A DNA stretch of 64,000 nt, from positions 318,308,001 to 318,372,000 of the forward strand of contig OZ024742.1 in the NCBI GenBank assembly GCA_964016885.1, given 5' to 3'. The notes below the pieces were generated by a model. It was not told the origin of the DNA. It saw only the letters and a program-made list of their open reading frames with translations, and ran no database searches. Source of the stretch: Eledone cirrhosa. Lineage: Eukaryota. Both the position numbers and the translations under genes were made by a program. Positions 1 through 16,109 of this stretch are shown piece after piece (within the stretch, counting starts at the first letter, position 1; every line of letters begins with the position of its first letter).

Positions 1-490
1 GAAAGATTTTCATGAATAAAGACATTTTGAAGAAGATGAAGGTAGAGCGTAGTGCTGATACATTTATAGCGTGAATTTGCCAAAGTGATCGATGAATTTG
101 CCAAAAACAAACGAAGAATTGAACTGATTTACAAATGAATTTTAAATATTTCATTATTTGTCGGTTTTATTATTTACTTAGATTTCTTTCGTAGCCAATT
201 AGGGTTACCAAGCTGTTACTAATGGGGAGATAGTAAGTCCAGTGGACAGGGGAATCAAGCCCAAAGCGTGGACTGTTGGTAGAAGTGTACTTTCTCACAT
301 TAAAATTAGCTCATATCACATCCACAGCCTTATTCTTCGCCATGGTGATTGGCCTGCATGTCCTGCTTTCCATGTCACTCTTTGCCGGTGATATATATAT
401 ACATACATACATATGTATATATATTTCACAGCATCTCCGCGTCCGCGTCCGAGTACACACACGCACACACACATATATATATATATATAC

Positions 491-665
491 GTAATAATAA
501 TAAATTTGAAGACCAAAGTATCGTCTTTCTGTCTTCCTCCGGTTGCAACGTTTTTTGAAATATTTACTTCTGCGTTTACAGATTGACTTTTTTAGTTTCA
601 GAAGATCCCGTTAAGGGTGAAAGCACCGATTCTTTGCTTAAACTTTAATCTGTTATTTTAATAAA
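491..665 (+). mobile_element. Short non-coding element in (TA)n carrying a hammerhead-like motif; probable PLE pseudo-LTR derivative
   Basis: Same termini (GTAATAATAATAAATTTGAAGA...TTAATCTGTTATTTTAAT) recur at 37161-37218, 47461-47544 and, reversed, at 46099-46206. All are flanked by (TA)n. Confidence 0.7.
594..644 (+). ncRNA. Degenerate type-I hammerhead-like motif
   Basis: Stem I AGUUU/AAACU; core CAGAAGA (U4>A); stem II UCCC-GUUAA-GGGU; GAAA; stem III AGCA/UGCU; CUU triplet. Confidence 0.5.
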
Positions 666-685
666 TATATATATATATATGTATG

Positions 686-741
<56 letters not shown>

Positions 742-745
<4 letters not shown>

Positions 746-971
746 GATTGGTATACTCGGACACGGAGATGCTGTGAAATAGCTTATAAAATAGGGTGAA
801 GACTATTAAAGATGCAAAAAGAAAGTTGTCATCGGCCGCAACAAGGAGATACGGCGTTCGATTCCTCGTAGCGGCAGATGGCAACTTTTCTTTTTTTGGT
901 CTTTAAGGGTTTTCACCCTATTTTATAAACTATTTTATAGCATCTCTGCGCCCGAGTACACGAATCTTTAA
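742..971. repeat. Imperfect ~230-bp palindrome (fold-back element)
   Basis: Left arm TACTCGGACACGGAGATGCTGTGAAATAGCTTATAAAATAGGGTGAA is the inverse of TTCACCCTATTTTATAAACTATTTTATAGCATCTCTGCGCCCGAGTA. A partial copy lies at ~423-455. Confidence 0.75.
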
Positions 972-1048
972 ATTAACTTTGTCCCCACAGCGCTTCGTAA
1001 AAGTTCGAGAGATTGGTACATTCACTCACACCCACACCCATACAGACA

Positions 1049-1094
<46 letters not shown>

Positions 1095-1179
1095 TATTCT
1101 ATTCTATAGTAATATCTACAGACTTCTTTTCTTAAGTATGGAGTACTAATTTGAATAATGGTCTTATTAGTCTTAACAT

Positions 1180-3360
<2,181 letters not shown>

Positions 3361-3824
3361 TATCACTGTGTGTGTATATATATACATACCACTATAAAAG
3401 AAAAAGAAATAAGAAATAGAAGAAAAAAATAATAAATATAAAAATAAAAGAACAATAACCAAATAAAACAACAAAACAAAAACAATGATAACTACCAAGA
3501 TTTTACCTATTGTACTTTTCTTGGAGTTTTTCTTGGAATTATCTGGTAAGTTCCCAAATTATCATTTGTTTGTATGTATGTATGTATGTATGTATGTATG
3601 TATGTATGTACGTACGTATGTTTGTATGTATGTATGTATGTATGTATGTATACATGTATGTATTTATGTATGTATATGTATGTATGTATGTATGTATGTT
3701 TGTATATATGTATGTATGCTTGTATTACGTATGTACAGTGGCCAACCAATACAGGCTGGAGATAAAAATGTGCCCCAGCATGGCCTCAGCCGGATGGCTG
3801 GAACAGGTAAAAGAGTAAAAGAGA

Positions 3825-3855
<31 letters not shown>

Positions 3856-4646
3856 TGTATGTATGTATGTATGTATGTATCTATCTATGTATGTATGTTT
3901 GTATGTATGTATATATATATATATGTACGTATGCATGGATGTATATATCTATGTAAATTTGTATGTATGTTTGTATGTATGCATGTTTGTATGTATGTAT
4001 GCATGCATGCATGTGTGTGTATATATATACGTGTGCATGTACGTATGTACATCTGTGTATGCATATATGCATGTATGTATATCTGTGCATGTATCATTTA
4101 ATTTTTTTGAATTCTTCCTGTACGGAAGAACCTGGTTTCTCAGAAAAAAAAAAAAAATGAACAACGCTTCATCGTTGGAATTTGGAAAGCAAAAGTTGAG
4201 TGTCATATGTTGAAAATTCTTGTATATTTTTATTGTTCCCCTTATAGGTTATAACTAAATGATGCGTGTAAACTAATTTTCTTTTTGTCTGAAAACACTA
4301 GCTTTTTCATTTACTAACATTGCCAACAGTACCAATAAGTATTAATATAAATGAGAACTTACAATCTAAGTAGGGAAGCTGATATGCGGATAGAATGTCT
4401 AAGGAAAGAATTACAGGCCAACGAGCATGAGACCCAGAGATAAACCACGAGGAATATCCATAAGCTTGGTTGGTCTCACTTGGGGACCCAGCCGGATCAG
4501 TTGGAGACGGTTGCTTCTGATAGGACCCGCTAGAAGGAGTATTTGAGGACTGCGCCCACAACCCTCTCAGGAATAAGTGGACACACAGACACTGACACAG
4601 ACACACAGACAGACATACAAACATACACACATACACACACACACAC

Positions 4647-4680
<34 letters not shown>

Positions 4681-4945
4681 GTATACACACATAGATACAC
4701 ACACACGTGTGTGTGTATGTGTGTACGTATGCGAATGTGTGTATGTGTGTATGTGTACCTATTACAGACTGAACTTCTATAATGTTTTACATATTTTTAC
4801 AGTGAGATTAATAACTTGTAACTGTAATTTCTTAATTAGCCGTGTACTCTCTAGTTACATAACCAAGCATCATATGATTACAGGTTGAAATCTAAAGTTA
4901 TATTTCGGCGTATGTGTTTGTATATACGAGTCTCTATGTATGTAT

Positions 4946-5264
4946 GTTCTTTTGGTTTTATAATTTCACAAAGTTTTACCAATAGAGAGTCGGTTTCTAA
5001 CATAGATACAAGACTCTCTCATTTGAATTTACACATCAACTAGGTAGATATGTATGTATGCATGCATGTGTAGATATGGATGTTATTGTATGTGTGGATG
5101 TGTATGTTTTGAGTTGTATGTGTGCATGTGTATATGCTTTGCATCTGTACATGTGTATATGCAGTTATTAGATGCAAAATTTTTGGACTGTTTTACATAT
5201 TTTTACTGTTCCATTAATGGATTGTATGTATGTATGTATGTATGTATGTATGTATGTATGTATG

Positions 5265-5298
<34 letters not shown>

Positions 5299-5707
5299 TG
5301 TATGTATGTATGTATGTATATTCTTCTGGTTTCATAATTTCACAAATTTTTACCAATAGAGAGAGAGTCGGTTTTTAACATAGATACAAGATTCTCTCAT
5401 CGGAATTTACACAACATCAACTAGGTAGATATGTCTACATGTCTACATGCATACGTGTGCAGGTATGGATGTTATTGTATGTGTGTATGTGTATGTTTTG
5501 CATCTGTACAAGTGAATATGCAGTTATTAGAGACAGAATTTTTGGAATGTTTTACATATTTTTACTGTTCCATTAATGGGTTGTACTTGTAATTTCCTAA
5601 CTCTGTCTCTGTGAAGCCCAGCTTCTCAAGATTTGTACTGAGGCAGTTACTAACATATTCCAGTGCCCCAATAATCACAGGCATAAATCTGAAGGTATAG
5701 TCAGCAC
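4946..5707 (-). mobile_element. Two tandem 3' fragments of an R4/Dong-like RLE LINE separated by (TATG)n
   Basis: They match the 3' end of the 37581-38366 element (QSINGTVKICKT.QKFC plus 3' UTR), and each ends in (CATA)n on the element strand. A third fragment lies at ~6346-6553. Confidence 0.8.
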
Positions 5708-5714
5708 AGGAATT

Positions 5715-5870
5715 GCTTGATATGTGACATTTTTTTGTGATACATGGTATTGCTGGCCATAGGCAAGTCCCCAGCAGGACTAAAAGGCCACGTCAGTGAT
5801 GCACATGCTTAAGTATGAAGCGATGGCATTACTCGAAATTGAGTTGCAGCCATCATGTATGTATGTATAC
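5715..5870 (+). mobile_element. 3' end of an RTE-like LINE with (ATGT)n tail
   Basis: KSPAGLKGH remnant and terminus GAGTTGCAGCCATCATGTATGT, related to the ends at 9131 and 25826. Confidence 0.5.
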
Positions 5871-6629
5871 ATGCATATAGTCATAAATATTCTGATGGAC
5901 ATCTGATCACCTCAACTATTTTCTTTTGTGTTCCAAAAAAGTATGTCGAGTCGGTTGCGTTTACATTTGGCGGAAAATTTGAAGGGAATAAACATTTATT
6001 TCTTTAGATTTATCCCAGGACAACCCTTCCTATGGGTGATATTGTATAGTGTTTCAGGAACAATGTCATGTCGCATAGGAAGCTATTACATGTGTTGTAT
6101 CTGCCATAGATAAATCATATAACAGACATGGTTCGGCCACATGTTTAGAATTTAAGGCCTTCTTGTTGTTGTCTTTTTATCTTCGGTTGCAACAGCGTAA
6201 TCATCAGAATATAATACGCACGTGTGTGTGTGTGTGCATCTGCGCGCGAGTGGATAGTGTTGATTAATGCCAGGTCAGATATGATAGCAAAGACCCATGA
6301 TCAAATGTATTCCAACCATGACCATCCTGTCATATGTATGTATGTCCTTCTGGTTTTATAATTTCACAAATTTTTGCCAATAGAGAAAGAGTCGGTTTCT
6401 AACAGAGACACAAGACTCTCTCATTGGAATTTACACATCAACTAGGTAGATATGTCTGCATGACTGCATGCATGCATGTGTGTGCAGGTATGGATGTTAT
6501 TGTATGTGTGGATGTGGATATTTTGAGTTGTATGTGTGCATATGCATATTCTTATGTATGTAAAAATGTATGTATGTATGTATCTTTGTGGGGCGGGGGG
6601 GGGGGGGGGGGTTGAACGCATGTAGCATT

Positions 6630-6940
6630 GTGCTAAAACGTTGCCTGACTTATCATCGTAAAGTCGTGAGTGCGATTCCCGGACCGGGTAGCGCATTGTG
6701 TCTTTCAGCAAAATAATTTATTTCATTTTGATCCAGTCAACCCTGCTGGCAATAATGTCTACTTGTAATTCAAAGAGCCAGCTATGTCACAGGGTGTGTT
6801 ATGTTAAATCTTCTTAGAACTACGTTAAAGGAGAATGCCTCTGGAGAGGTTCAGCCACTTGTATGTTAAATTCCCGAGTAGACTGTTCCATTAATCGAAC
6901 CAACTGAAACACCCGTCATCGAAACCGACGGAAGTCCAAC
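6630..6940 (+). mobile_element. Degenerate tRNA-derived SINE
   Basis: B-box-like GTGCGATTCCC followed by a SINE-like body. The 3' part recurs reversed near 51770-51900. Confidence 0.55.
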
Positions 6941-7220
6941 ATGTATGCATGTATATATATGTAATGGAGTATCTTAGTAAATACTATTAAAGAAAATAAG
7001 TACCAGTTATTTTCACTTCATATTGTTGTCTTGGTAAACACTGTCACAAAAAATAACCACAAACAGATACATACACATACACACACGTACACCCACATAC
7101 ATACATACACACGTATATATGCAAACATATATATATACATACACATACACGTATAAGAACACATCTTTGTATTTTGAGCATTTATATCTCTATTGAAACG
7201 CACACACATATACACATAGA

Positions 7221-7344
<124 letters not shown>

Positions 7345-7611
7345 TATATATAGGTTTATGTGTGTGTATATTGACGGATGGGTACGTTCGAATGAATAAA
7401 TACTATCAGCAGACTAGACTAGTTAACTATGAAAGAAACAGTGTTTCTTCTGATAATATCGTTGATGCTTATTAATGCCTACAGTTTGTACTTTTCTAAA
7501 ATTATGTATATGTGTAAATCATTTTTTAATAGAAATACTACGCTCGGAAGATACACACATACACACAAACACACACACACAGACACACACACACACATAT
7601 ATATAAACATA

Positions 7612-8135
7612 GATGATGGCTGCAAACTCTACAAAGAGTATTTCAATCGCTTGTCAGATGATAGAGTTTGGTGCACTTTTAGGCTACGGCCAGCCACACG
7701 AACCTTCAACATATCCTAAACAAGCAATGCCTGTGCTTTGAAGGTTTTTCAAGTGCGGAAAGGCCTTGCACTCGACCAATCAGACTCTCTGAGCATCGAA
7801 AACACTACCCGAAAATGAGAACTGGCCACCATCATCGGATGCTTCCGAAGCCGCAGATTTTTTTTCCAAGTTTCCCTCTCCTAGAAAGATGTTGTGATAA
7901 CAACTGGGATCTTTTGCTCCCAGGTAAAAAAAAAAAAAAAAAAAAAAATATTTGGATGGCCGTTGATTCTGCTGAGTTCCTCCACCCATTGCTGGGTTTT
8001 GTATTTCATCCCGCATGGTGTCCAATTATTACCCTCCACACCAAGCTAGCTTGGTGGGGTAGCCGGTTTAGTCGCCGATGACCAGACCATGAGGCACCTT
8101 GTACTGTTACCAGTACCACTTGAGAGCGACCTGAT
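7612..8135 (-). mobile_element. Internally deleted RTE-like non-autonomous element
   Basis: 5' part (GGCGACTAAACCGGCTACCCCACCAAG) is homologous to the 26230-26397 segment; 3' end GCAGCCATCAT. Confidence 0.5.
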
Positions 8136-8241
8136 ATACATACATACATATACACACACATATATATATACACAGATATATATACATATACACATACATA
8201 TACATATATACATACAAATACACACATACATATTCTCACAG

Positions 8242-8279
<38 letters not shown>

Positions 8280-8756
8280 TAGAGCGGGTAAAATTCCCGA
8301 GATCCATGGACGAGTTCTCTCCAGCGGTCGCTGTCCCTCATTATCGCTGCCATGTCCTGCGTCTCCAACAGACCAGTGTCTGTCCTTAGGGCATCAACAT
8401 ACGCCTTGGTCTTCCTCTTCCAGTGTGTCCATGTAGTGGCTCCCACAGGAGCACTGAGTGCAATGTCAACTCTGGATGTCGGTGAGCATGTCCAGCTAAC
8501 CTCAGTCTCCTTTGTGTCACTTTTGAGCTGACTCTTGGGAGGCTCCAATACAGCTCTGCGGGCCTCAGCTTGAGATCGGTGTGGAAGTCGGACCTTCGTA
8601 AAGACCTGAAAATCCGCCTCTTCATTGCTGCAGTGGAGTCTGTGCTGCTGTACGGGTCTGAGACTTGGACACTGACCAAGAAACTCACTCAGATGGTGGA
8701 TGGGTGCTACACAAGAATGCCGAGGATGGCTTTGAACATTAATCAGTATACACTGA

Positions 8757-8757
<1 letters not shown>
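8280..8757. mobile_element. RTE-clade LINE 3' fragment with 5' inversion
   Basis: Minus strand: [25 protein letters not shown]. Plus strand: [33 protein letters not shown]. These are consecutive parts of the RTE ORF C-terminus, arranged head-to-head. Confidence 0.8.
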
Positions 8758-8799
<42 letters not shown>

Positions 8800-8908
8800 T
8801 ATTTTTTATAATTTTACGGATCTGTTGAATTACATTGAGCTATACCTTTACTGTCATTTCTCTAATACGACGAGTGTGTTTAACTCCAACGCACTCAAGT
8901 ATTTTAAT

Positions 8909-8962
<54 letters not shown>

Positions 8963-9019
8963 AACATATATATATATATATATATACATACATATATATA
9001 TACATACATATATATATAC

Positions 9020-9134
<115 letters not shown>

Positions 9135-9257
9135 GTGGCTGCCAACTCGTTTTCGAGTACGGCCACTACTTTATATCCATGTAGGAGAACCCCTACCGAT
9201 GCGCTGAACGAGTGTGACTTTTTAGTCCAGCCATACATACATACATACATACATACA

Positions 9258-9315
<58 letters not shown>

Positions 9316-9497
9316 CAAAGCTGAGTGTCGTGTGTATGTATTATGTATGTATCCTACACGCCTCCCTATAGTTTCTTAGCTTTACTCTCTCGGTCGCTCT
9401 TTACTCTCTCTATAATAGATCATTCCCCCTCTCTACAATTTAACTGTTTTACTCTCTCTGTCGCTCTTCACTCTCAAATATTATAAAGCTGAGCGTC

Positions 9498-9562
<65 letters not shown>

Positions 9563-10008
9563 ACCCTCTCTATAATTTAACTGCTTTACTCTCTGTCTCT
9601 CTTCACTCTCTATATGACAAAACTTTTTACATTCCGGAGCGTCGTATGTATGTTTATTTCAAAAGGATAACCTCCTTCAAATTCGGTCAGCACACAAGCA
9701 GGTAATACATACATCAAAAGGCAACCCTCTTAGAGAGACAAAGAGTGAAAGAGGTAGAGTAGGAAAACTACACACACACACACACACATCTAAAGAGAGA
9801 GAGAGGAGAGAGAATGAGAGACAGGGAAAGAGAAACAGAGGGACGGGCAAGCTGGTAATACATACACTGGTAATACATACATCTAAAATCATTTGGATAC
9901 AAATATCATAATATAATGGTTGCAGTATGAAAATACAGAAAAATTTAATAATGTATGTATCCCACACACTTTTTCTGTCGTCGCTCGCATACACACACAC
10001 ACACACAC

Positions 10009-10089
<81 letters not shown>

Positions 10090-10185
10090 TACATAGTTTC
10101 ACACCTGATTTCGCCAATTGCCGGATAACATCAAAACAGACACACACGTGCACATACACCCATCACAAACACACATACACATACA

Positions 10186-10232
<47 letters not shown>

Positions 10233-10341
10233 GTATGTATGTAAGATCATTCCCCCTCTCTATAATTTAACTGCTTTACTCTCTCTGTCGCTCTTCACTC
10301 TCTATATGACAACACTGTTTTAGTTTCCGTATCTCCCTTCA

Positions 10342-10481
<140 letters not shown>

Positions 10482-10578
10482 AAGGACAATGTGACACGGG
10501 AGGGTGTGTGGTATCTTTTCAGTGGAGTGGTGGAGGCAGGTATACCTATCCGTGGCGCCAGCCGGACGGGCCAGCTAG

Positions 10579-10665
<87 letters not shown>

Positions 10666-10667
<2 letters not shown>

Positions 10668-10952
10668 ATGATATTAATAAATGGAAACTATATTTATAAA
10701 ACCATATTTATTTTATTATATATATATCAAGGGTAACCAAAAACTTTGGTACGCTCTCATCAGATAAAATACAAAATTTGTTTTATAAATAGTGACATAC
10801 CCCAGAAACCAGACCTTATCGGTTCAGGTTCTGTTTGGATATAATTTTTATTTATTAATATCATTGATATTATACTCCAGGAAAACTGTTGAGTGCTTCG
10901 AATCTGTTATAAACAAATTTGTTGAATTACCAACAAATTAAATATCTCTTTG

Positions 10953-10956
<4 letters not shown>
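10666..10956. mobile_element. Hammerhead family A element in (TA)n (ribozyme at 10709-10771 minus has GAAA>GAUA)
   Basis: Homologous to 24786-25145, 36810-37062 and 59609-60178. Confidence 0.75.
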
Positions 10957-11018
<62 letters not shown>

Positions 11019-11149
11019 AAGCAAAGAAAATTTCAAAAATACGAAAGATTTCCTGGTGGAAGTTCAGGTGTATTCCGGGTTGGTATCCAGTTTCGAGGTG
11101 AAAGTCCAATCAGAAAATCCAACGAATTTTGAGAGGTCCACGTAAGCGT

Positions 11150-11245
<96 letters not shown>

Positions 11246-11281
11246 AAAAGGTAAACACAAATAACAACACAATCGGTACAG

Positions 11282-11534
11282 TATATGGAAGGTATATATA
11301 TTAGGTTAACGCTTGATATAGCAGGAAGAAGGTCTTACCAACAGTTTTGCAAGAGATTTCAACACGAATGGACCTATTATTTTTATCTAAAGACATTTTT
11401 TCCAATTGCATCCCGCCCGTCCCCTTAATCTATTTTATTTCTCATTCTTTCTTCTGATGAAGGACTAGCGCCCGAAACGTTAAGACCCTCTTCCTGCTAT
11501 ATCAAGCGTTAACCTAATATATACTTTCCATATA
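11282..11534 (+). mobile_element. Palindromic PLE pLTR-like element with hammerhead
   Basis: Inverted arms 11282-11337 and 11481-11534. A degenerate relative lies at ~50520-50655. Confidence 0.75.
11450..11485 (+). ncRNA. Minimal type-I hammerhead (PLE type)
   Basis: UCUU-CUGAUGA-A-GGAC/UAGC/GCCC-GAAAC-GUU^AAGA; palindromic AACGUU stem III; one mismatch in stem II. Confidence 0.65.
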
Positions 11535-11561
11535 TATATATATATATATATATGAATATTA

Positions 11562-11600
11562 TGAACCTGAAGATTGCGAAAGCATGAAAGTACTTGTTCA
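11562..11600 (+). ncRNA. Minimal type-I hammerhead
   Basis: Stem I UGAAC/GUUCA; CUGAAGA; stem II U-UGC-GAAA-GCA-U; GAAA; palindromic AGUACU; CUU triplet. Confidence 0.75.
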
Positions 11601-11744
11601 ATTAACACTTAACATTTAATATTCTGCCATACTATTTCATTCTAATACCATTATAAATTTTAAAGGATTGTAAATAAAACGAATAAATCAGACAAAGTTG
11701 GAATTCCTTTTATTAATATAATCTTCTATACACAATCATACACA

Positions 11745-13907
11745 CCCGTATAACTCTGCTAAATACAGACTTACAGATTTTGGCCAAGGTGCTAGCAAAG
11801 AGGTTGGCGCTTGTCGTGGGCAACCTGGTGGGAGATGCGCAGACATGCGCTATCCCGTCCAGGTCCATCCATGACAACCTCCACCTCATGCGATACATCA
11901 TAGAGAGGGTTGGGAACGAACCCGGCTTTGGTGGGGCTCTGATCAACTTGGATCAATCTAAGGCGTTCGATAGGGTCGACCATGGTTACCTGGATGCGGT
12001 GCTAGCGGCGGCAGGCTTCGGACCCGTTTTCAGGGGCTGGATCACTGCTATGCACAGCAGCCGCATCTGCTCTAGGGTCAAGGTGAACGGCTACCTCTCG
12101 GAGCCGTTCAAAATCGCGCGGTCCATCCGACAGGGGTGCCCTCTCTCCTCCCTTCTGTATGTGTTGACTCTCGAGCCACTACTGCGGAAGTTGGAGTTGT
12201 TGCAGGGCATCCCTTTGGAACCGGGATTGCGGAAAGCGGTGTCGGCCTACGCCGATGACGTGACAGTAATGGTGTCGACGGCCTCCGAAATCGAGGCGGT
12301 CGGCACCTTACTGGAGGAGTACGAAAAGTTCACAGGGGCTAAGCTGAACCGGGACAAGTCGATCGGTTTGCAACTCGGCACGTGGAGGGGCAGACCGATG
12401 CCCTCCGATGGCGTCGTCGGACGCTGGACGGAGGGCCCGGTGAAGTTGCTCGGGGTCTGGTTCGGACCGGACCTCCAGGTGGAGAAAAACTGGGCGGAGG
12501 TTACGAACAGGGTGTTTGCACTGACCCAGAAGTGGGCCAGTTGCAAACTATCCCTGAAAGGTCGGGCGGAGGTGGCGAACACCTACATAGCGTCCGTCAT
12601 CTACTACCGCCTGACCGTAGTGCCCTGCCCAAGGGAAACCCTCACCAAGATGGAGCGCGCGCTCTTCCAATTCCTTTGGAAGAGGCGGGCTCCTATGGTG
12701 AGGAGATCCATCTGCTGTCAACACCCTTCGAAAGGAGGGCTGGGGATGCCGTGGCTAATGATGCGTAAACACGCATTAAGGCTACGGCACCTCTACGTAT
12801 TCCTCACCGGACAACCGGTGTGGGCCTCGTTTGTGAGGCGAACCTTTCCCAGACTCGTCTCACTCACCGAGCTGCAATCCTGGGTCAAGCAAAGACCGAG
12901 AAAACTGGGCGCCTGGCACACTGAGTGTGCCCAGGCGCTCACCGCCCTCTGGCAGGCGGATCCGGTTATCAGTGGAGACTCCACCGCAACATTCTATAGA
13001 GGGCTGGTACGCAGCAGGTGCGACGACGCCCTCGGAGAAGCCCTAGACATGGAGGAGGACGAACTGGCCAGCCTGTTCGGTAGGACATTCAGCCCGGGAC
13101 CTATGGACAACTTCCAGAAGTCCCTGGCCTGGCAGTGCTACCGAGGGGCTTTACCCGTTCGAGAAAGGCTCTACAGACACGGGCGCCCGGGTAGGGACCC
13201 CGCCAAAAAGATCTGTCCCAGATGCGTGTGCGACGAGGAAACCGTTGCACACGCATTGGTACACTGCTCGGGCGTAGCCGATCTGTGGGGCTATGTCGAA
13301 CAACTGCTGTCAAGGGTGGAACCGATCCGGTTGACCACCGAGTCTATTGTAATGATCAAGCCGCCTCCCCCCTTCAAAGATGAAGCAGAGGCGGTGTTTC
13401 TGTGCGTAATAGCCATGGCGAAAGAGGTTGTATGGTGGACGCGTCTGAAAGGACTGAGGTCAGGCACCTTTCTCTCTGGCCAACAACTGGTCCGTTTCTT
13501 CCGATATCATTTCGGAAGAAGGATCAGGATGGAGAGAGAGGTGCTGCACCCCAGCCGTTTCTATGAAAGATGGGTGAAAGTGGCGAGAATGGCCCGTGTG
13601 AATGGGCCTTCACTCTACATCAGACTATAGGTGAGGAAGATGAAAGACCAAGGGAGCACCCCTTCTCTGTGCTCCTGAGGAGAAGGGTTGCACACTTTTT
13701 TCGGGGGTGTGTGCGACCCCCCAAGGCGCCTCCTCTCTATTGAGGATTTTGTTAAAAATTTTATTTTTTGTTATATCTTATTTTATTTTTATATTTTGTT
13801 ATTGCCTCCTCCTTATTGAGGACGCCTTTTTGTGTAAACTCCCCCCTTTGTACTTGTCCCACTTTTGATGCCCTAGTGGCAAATAAAAGAAATATATCTA
13901 TCTATAT
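11745..13907 (+). mobile_element. Tx1-like LINE copy A, 5'-truncated
   Basis: Contains the RT ORF below. 3' UTR ends AATAAAAGAAAT-ATATCTATCTAT. Confidence 0.9.
11780..13630 (+). CDS. LINE ORF2 fragment: RT plus C-terminal CCHC zinc finger (uninterrupted)
   Basis: LDQSKAFDRVDH, RQGCPLS, YADD, GGLG, CPRC..EETVAHALVHC. Confidence 0.92.
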   Translation: MAKVLAKRLALVVGNLVGDAQTCAIPSRSIHDNLHLMRYIIERVGNEPGFGGALINLDQSKAFDRVDHGYLDAVLAAAGFGPVFRGWITAMHSSRICSRVKVNGYLSEPFKIARSIRQGCPLSSLLYVLTLEPLLRKLELLQGIPLEPGLRKAVSAYADDVTVMVSTASEIEAVGTLLEEYEKFTGAKLNRDKSIGLQLGTWRGRPMPSDGVVGRWTEGPVKLLGVWFGPDLQVEKNWAEVTNRVFALTQKWASCKLSLKGRAEVANTYIASVIYYRLTVVPCPRETLTKMERALFQFLWKRRAPMVRRSICCQHPSKGGLGMPWLMMRKHALRLRHLYVFLTGQPVWASFVRRTFPRLVSLTELQSWVKQRPRKLGAWHTECAQALTALWQADPVISGDSTATFYRGLVRSRCDDALGEALDMEEDELASLFGRTFSPGPMDNFQKSLAWQCYRGALPVRERLYRHGRPGRDPAKKICPRCVCDEETVAHALVHCSGVADLWGYVEQLLSRVEPIRLTTESIVMIKPPPPFKDEAEAVFLCVIAMAKEVVWWTRLKGLRSGTFLSGQQLVRFFRYHFGRRIRMEREVLHPSRFYERWVKVARMARVNGPSLYIRL

Positions 13908-14168
13908 AATCTAGCTGTCGTCTGTTCTACAGCGTAGATGTAATTCACTTCGCGCAGAAGTTTTGTTCAAATTTATTGCGGAAATTTTGTAAGTTCAATT
14001 TTAATTTTGATACTATTGTGTAGCTTGACCCCCCCCCCCCCCCCCCACCCACCCCCACCCCCTCTGAACTGTCAGGCGGTGAGTCAGCTCATTTTTGCCA
14101 CTCCCAGGGGTGAAAAACCTGTTTTAAAAATTTTGTGGCATAAAAAAAATTTCAATCGTCTGACAGAA

Positions 14169-16076
14169 ATGTTAAACGAAGCTAACGAAAATAGTGGTGG
14201 GGGGACAGCGGTAAGAGTTGTTAGCTCGCACGCTTTAGTCCCCCCCCCCCTTCCTTCCCAACTAACGTCATAGAGAAGGAAAGAAAAAATAAAATAAAAA
14301 CAGACGAATCTGCGGAGAAAAATGACGAAAACACAAATCTGGACATTGATTCCAACAACGGAAAAAAAAAAATTTGAAAAATTGCATGACAATATTAATA
14401 CCACAAACAAAGACACGACAAACACAAAAATAACATTTGAAAACAACATCATAACAGAAAGCAAAGCAGACGACAAAGTCAACACCAATAATATTTCATT
14501 TGCACAAACAACAAAGAAATCTTTGACATATATACCTGAAAATATTTCAGATGTGGCACAAAGAATTACAGACGCCAAACAATACATAACTGAAGGGGAA
14601 AATGGTATTTTATCGGTAAAAATGCCTCACCAAAGACATTGAAAAAGTCGGACGGTCGTTTTCCACACCATCAACAACATTTCTAAAAAACCTCATCAGC
14701 CAACACAAACAGAAATCAAAGCAGTACTTACAGAAGTACTTAATGAAACCACTTTCATAAGAAAAGACAGACTGTATGGAAGCCTAGCGATTATTATGAA
14801 GAATGAATCGGCGGCAAAAAAATGTGCTTTGTCACCGATTCGTTCGACAAATTTTACCTTTTATCCATCTTATATGGGTAAAAGAACTCAGCGCATATGG
14901 CTGGATGCAATGATGCCAGATGTGGACTACTGCTGGCTTATAGCTGGCTTCATCGATCCAGCGAATGACAACGTGATTTCCATTGGGAAAACCACAGGCA
15001 ATGCGTTCAGTGGAACAGGTATAGAACTTGTAGTTCAAATGAAGCCTGAACGCATCGCCCAAATACCCGACAGAATCCTATTAGAGGGCCATGGGTATAT
15101 AAACATTAGCGTGGAGGGGAGAAGGCCGTCCTGTCATATCTGTGCAGGCAGAGGGCACCTGAAGGCGGCTTGTCCCCAACTCAACAAAAAGAAAACCCTG
15201 CTATCAACACCAGCTCCACCACCACCACAACAGATAAATAAACAACAAAACTCAGTCCCACCCAACCCGTCCCTCAGTAAAACTACACCACCACCACAAC
15301 ACAAACAGTCACAACACATTACCCAAAAACAAAATACAGTCCCACCCAACCCCTCACTCAATAAAACAACACAACCACCGCAGCCACAACACACAACACA
15401 GTCTAACATGGTGACATCCATTTCCCCCACAAAGAAAACCAACACGGAAACATTACCAGCAAACATACCTCTTCCCTCCAACACTGAAGATAACCCAACG
15501 AATTCGGAGGAAGAAACGGAGTCCTTCAGACAGATTAAAAGGAAAAAAAGAAAACATGTGCAAAACACACAAGGCCAAAAAACCCCTACCCAAATGTCAA
15601 CACAATCCAACAAAACACAAAACACCCCCCCAGCAACAAACAAAACCAAACCTGCCCCTCCCCTCTTCGAAACACTCACACCATCCGAAAAAAAGACATT
15701 ACACTATACTTACATCAACAGAAACAATAATAAATTAAATGAACTCATGAACAATAATCCTTCGGTACAAACCGAAGGTGTAAACTTTGTTTCTTCAGAA
15801 AACTACCCACATTTAAAATTAATAAAGATCCCAATGAACCTCTACCAAAAACTAAAAAAGGATTTTAAGGAGGACGTAGGACCACCCTCTGTCAAACCCA
15901 TAAACCGCGTCCTACTAAAAAGCTTTCCCCCTCCCCTTCCCCTCCCCAACACAACTCCAAACACCCCAACCCCACCACACACTGACGACCCCACACCACC
16001 ACAAGACACCCCTTCACCCAACACCCCCGACCCCATGGAAGTCGTGCGACCCGAACCCCGGGAAGCAGAAAGGTAG
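14169..16076 (+). pseudogene. Tx1 ORF1 (gag-like, single CCHC knuckle)
   Basis: CHICAGRGHLKAAC. ORFs 14322-14642 and 14796-16076 are in frame across a TGA; the N-terminus is frameshifted; homologous to ORF1 of copy D. Confidence 0.85.
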
Positions 16077-16109
16077 GTCTCTACACTCTCCTTTGGCTTT
16101 GCCGCCCAC

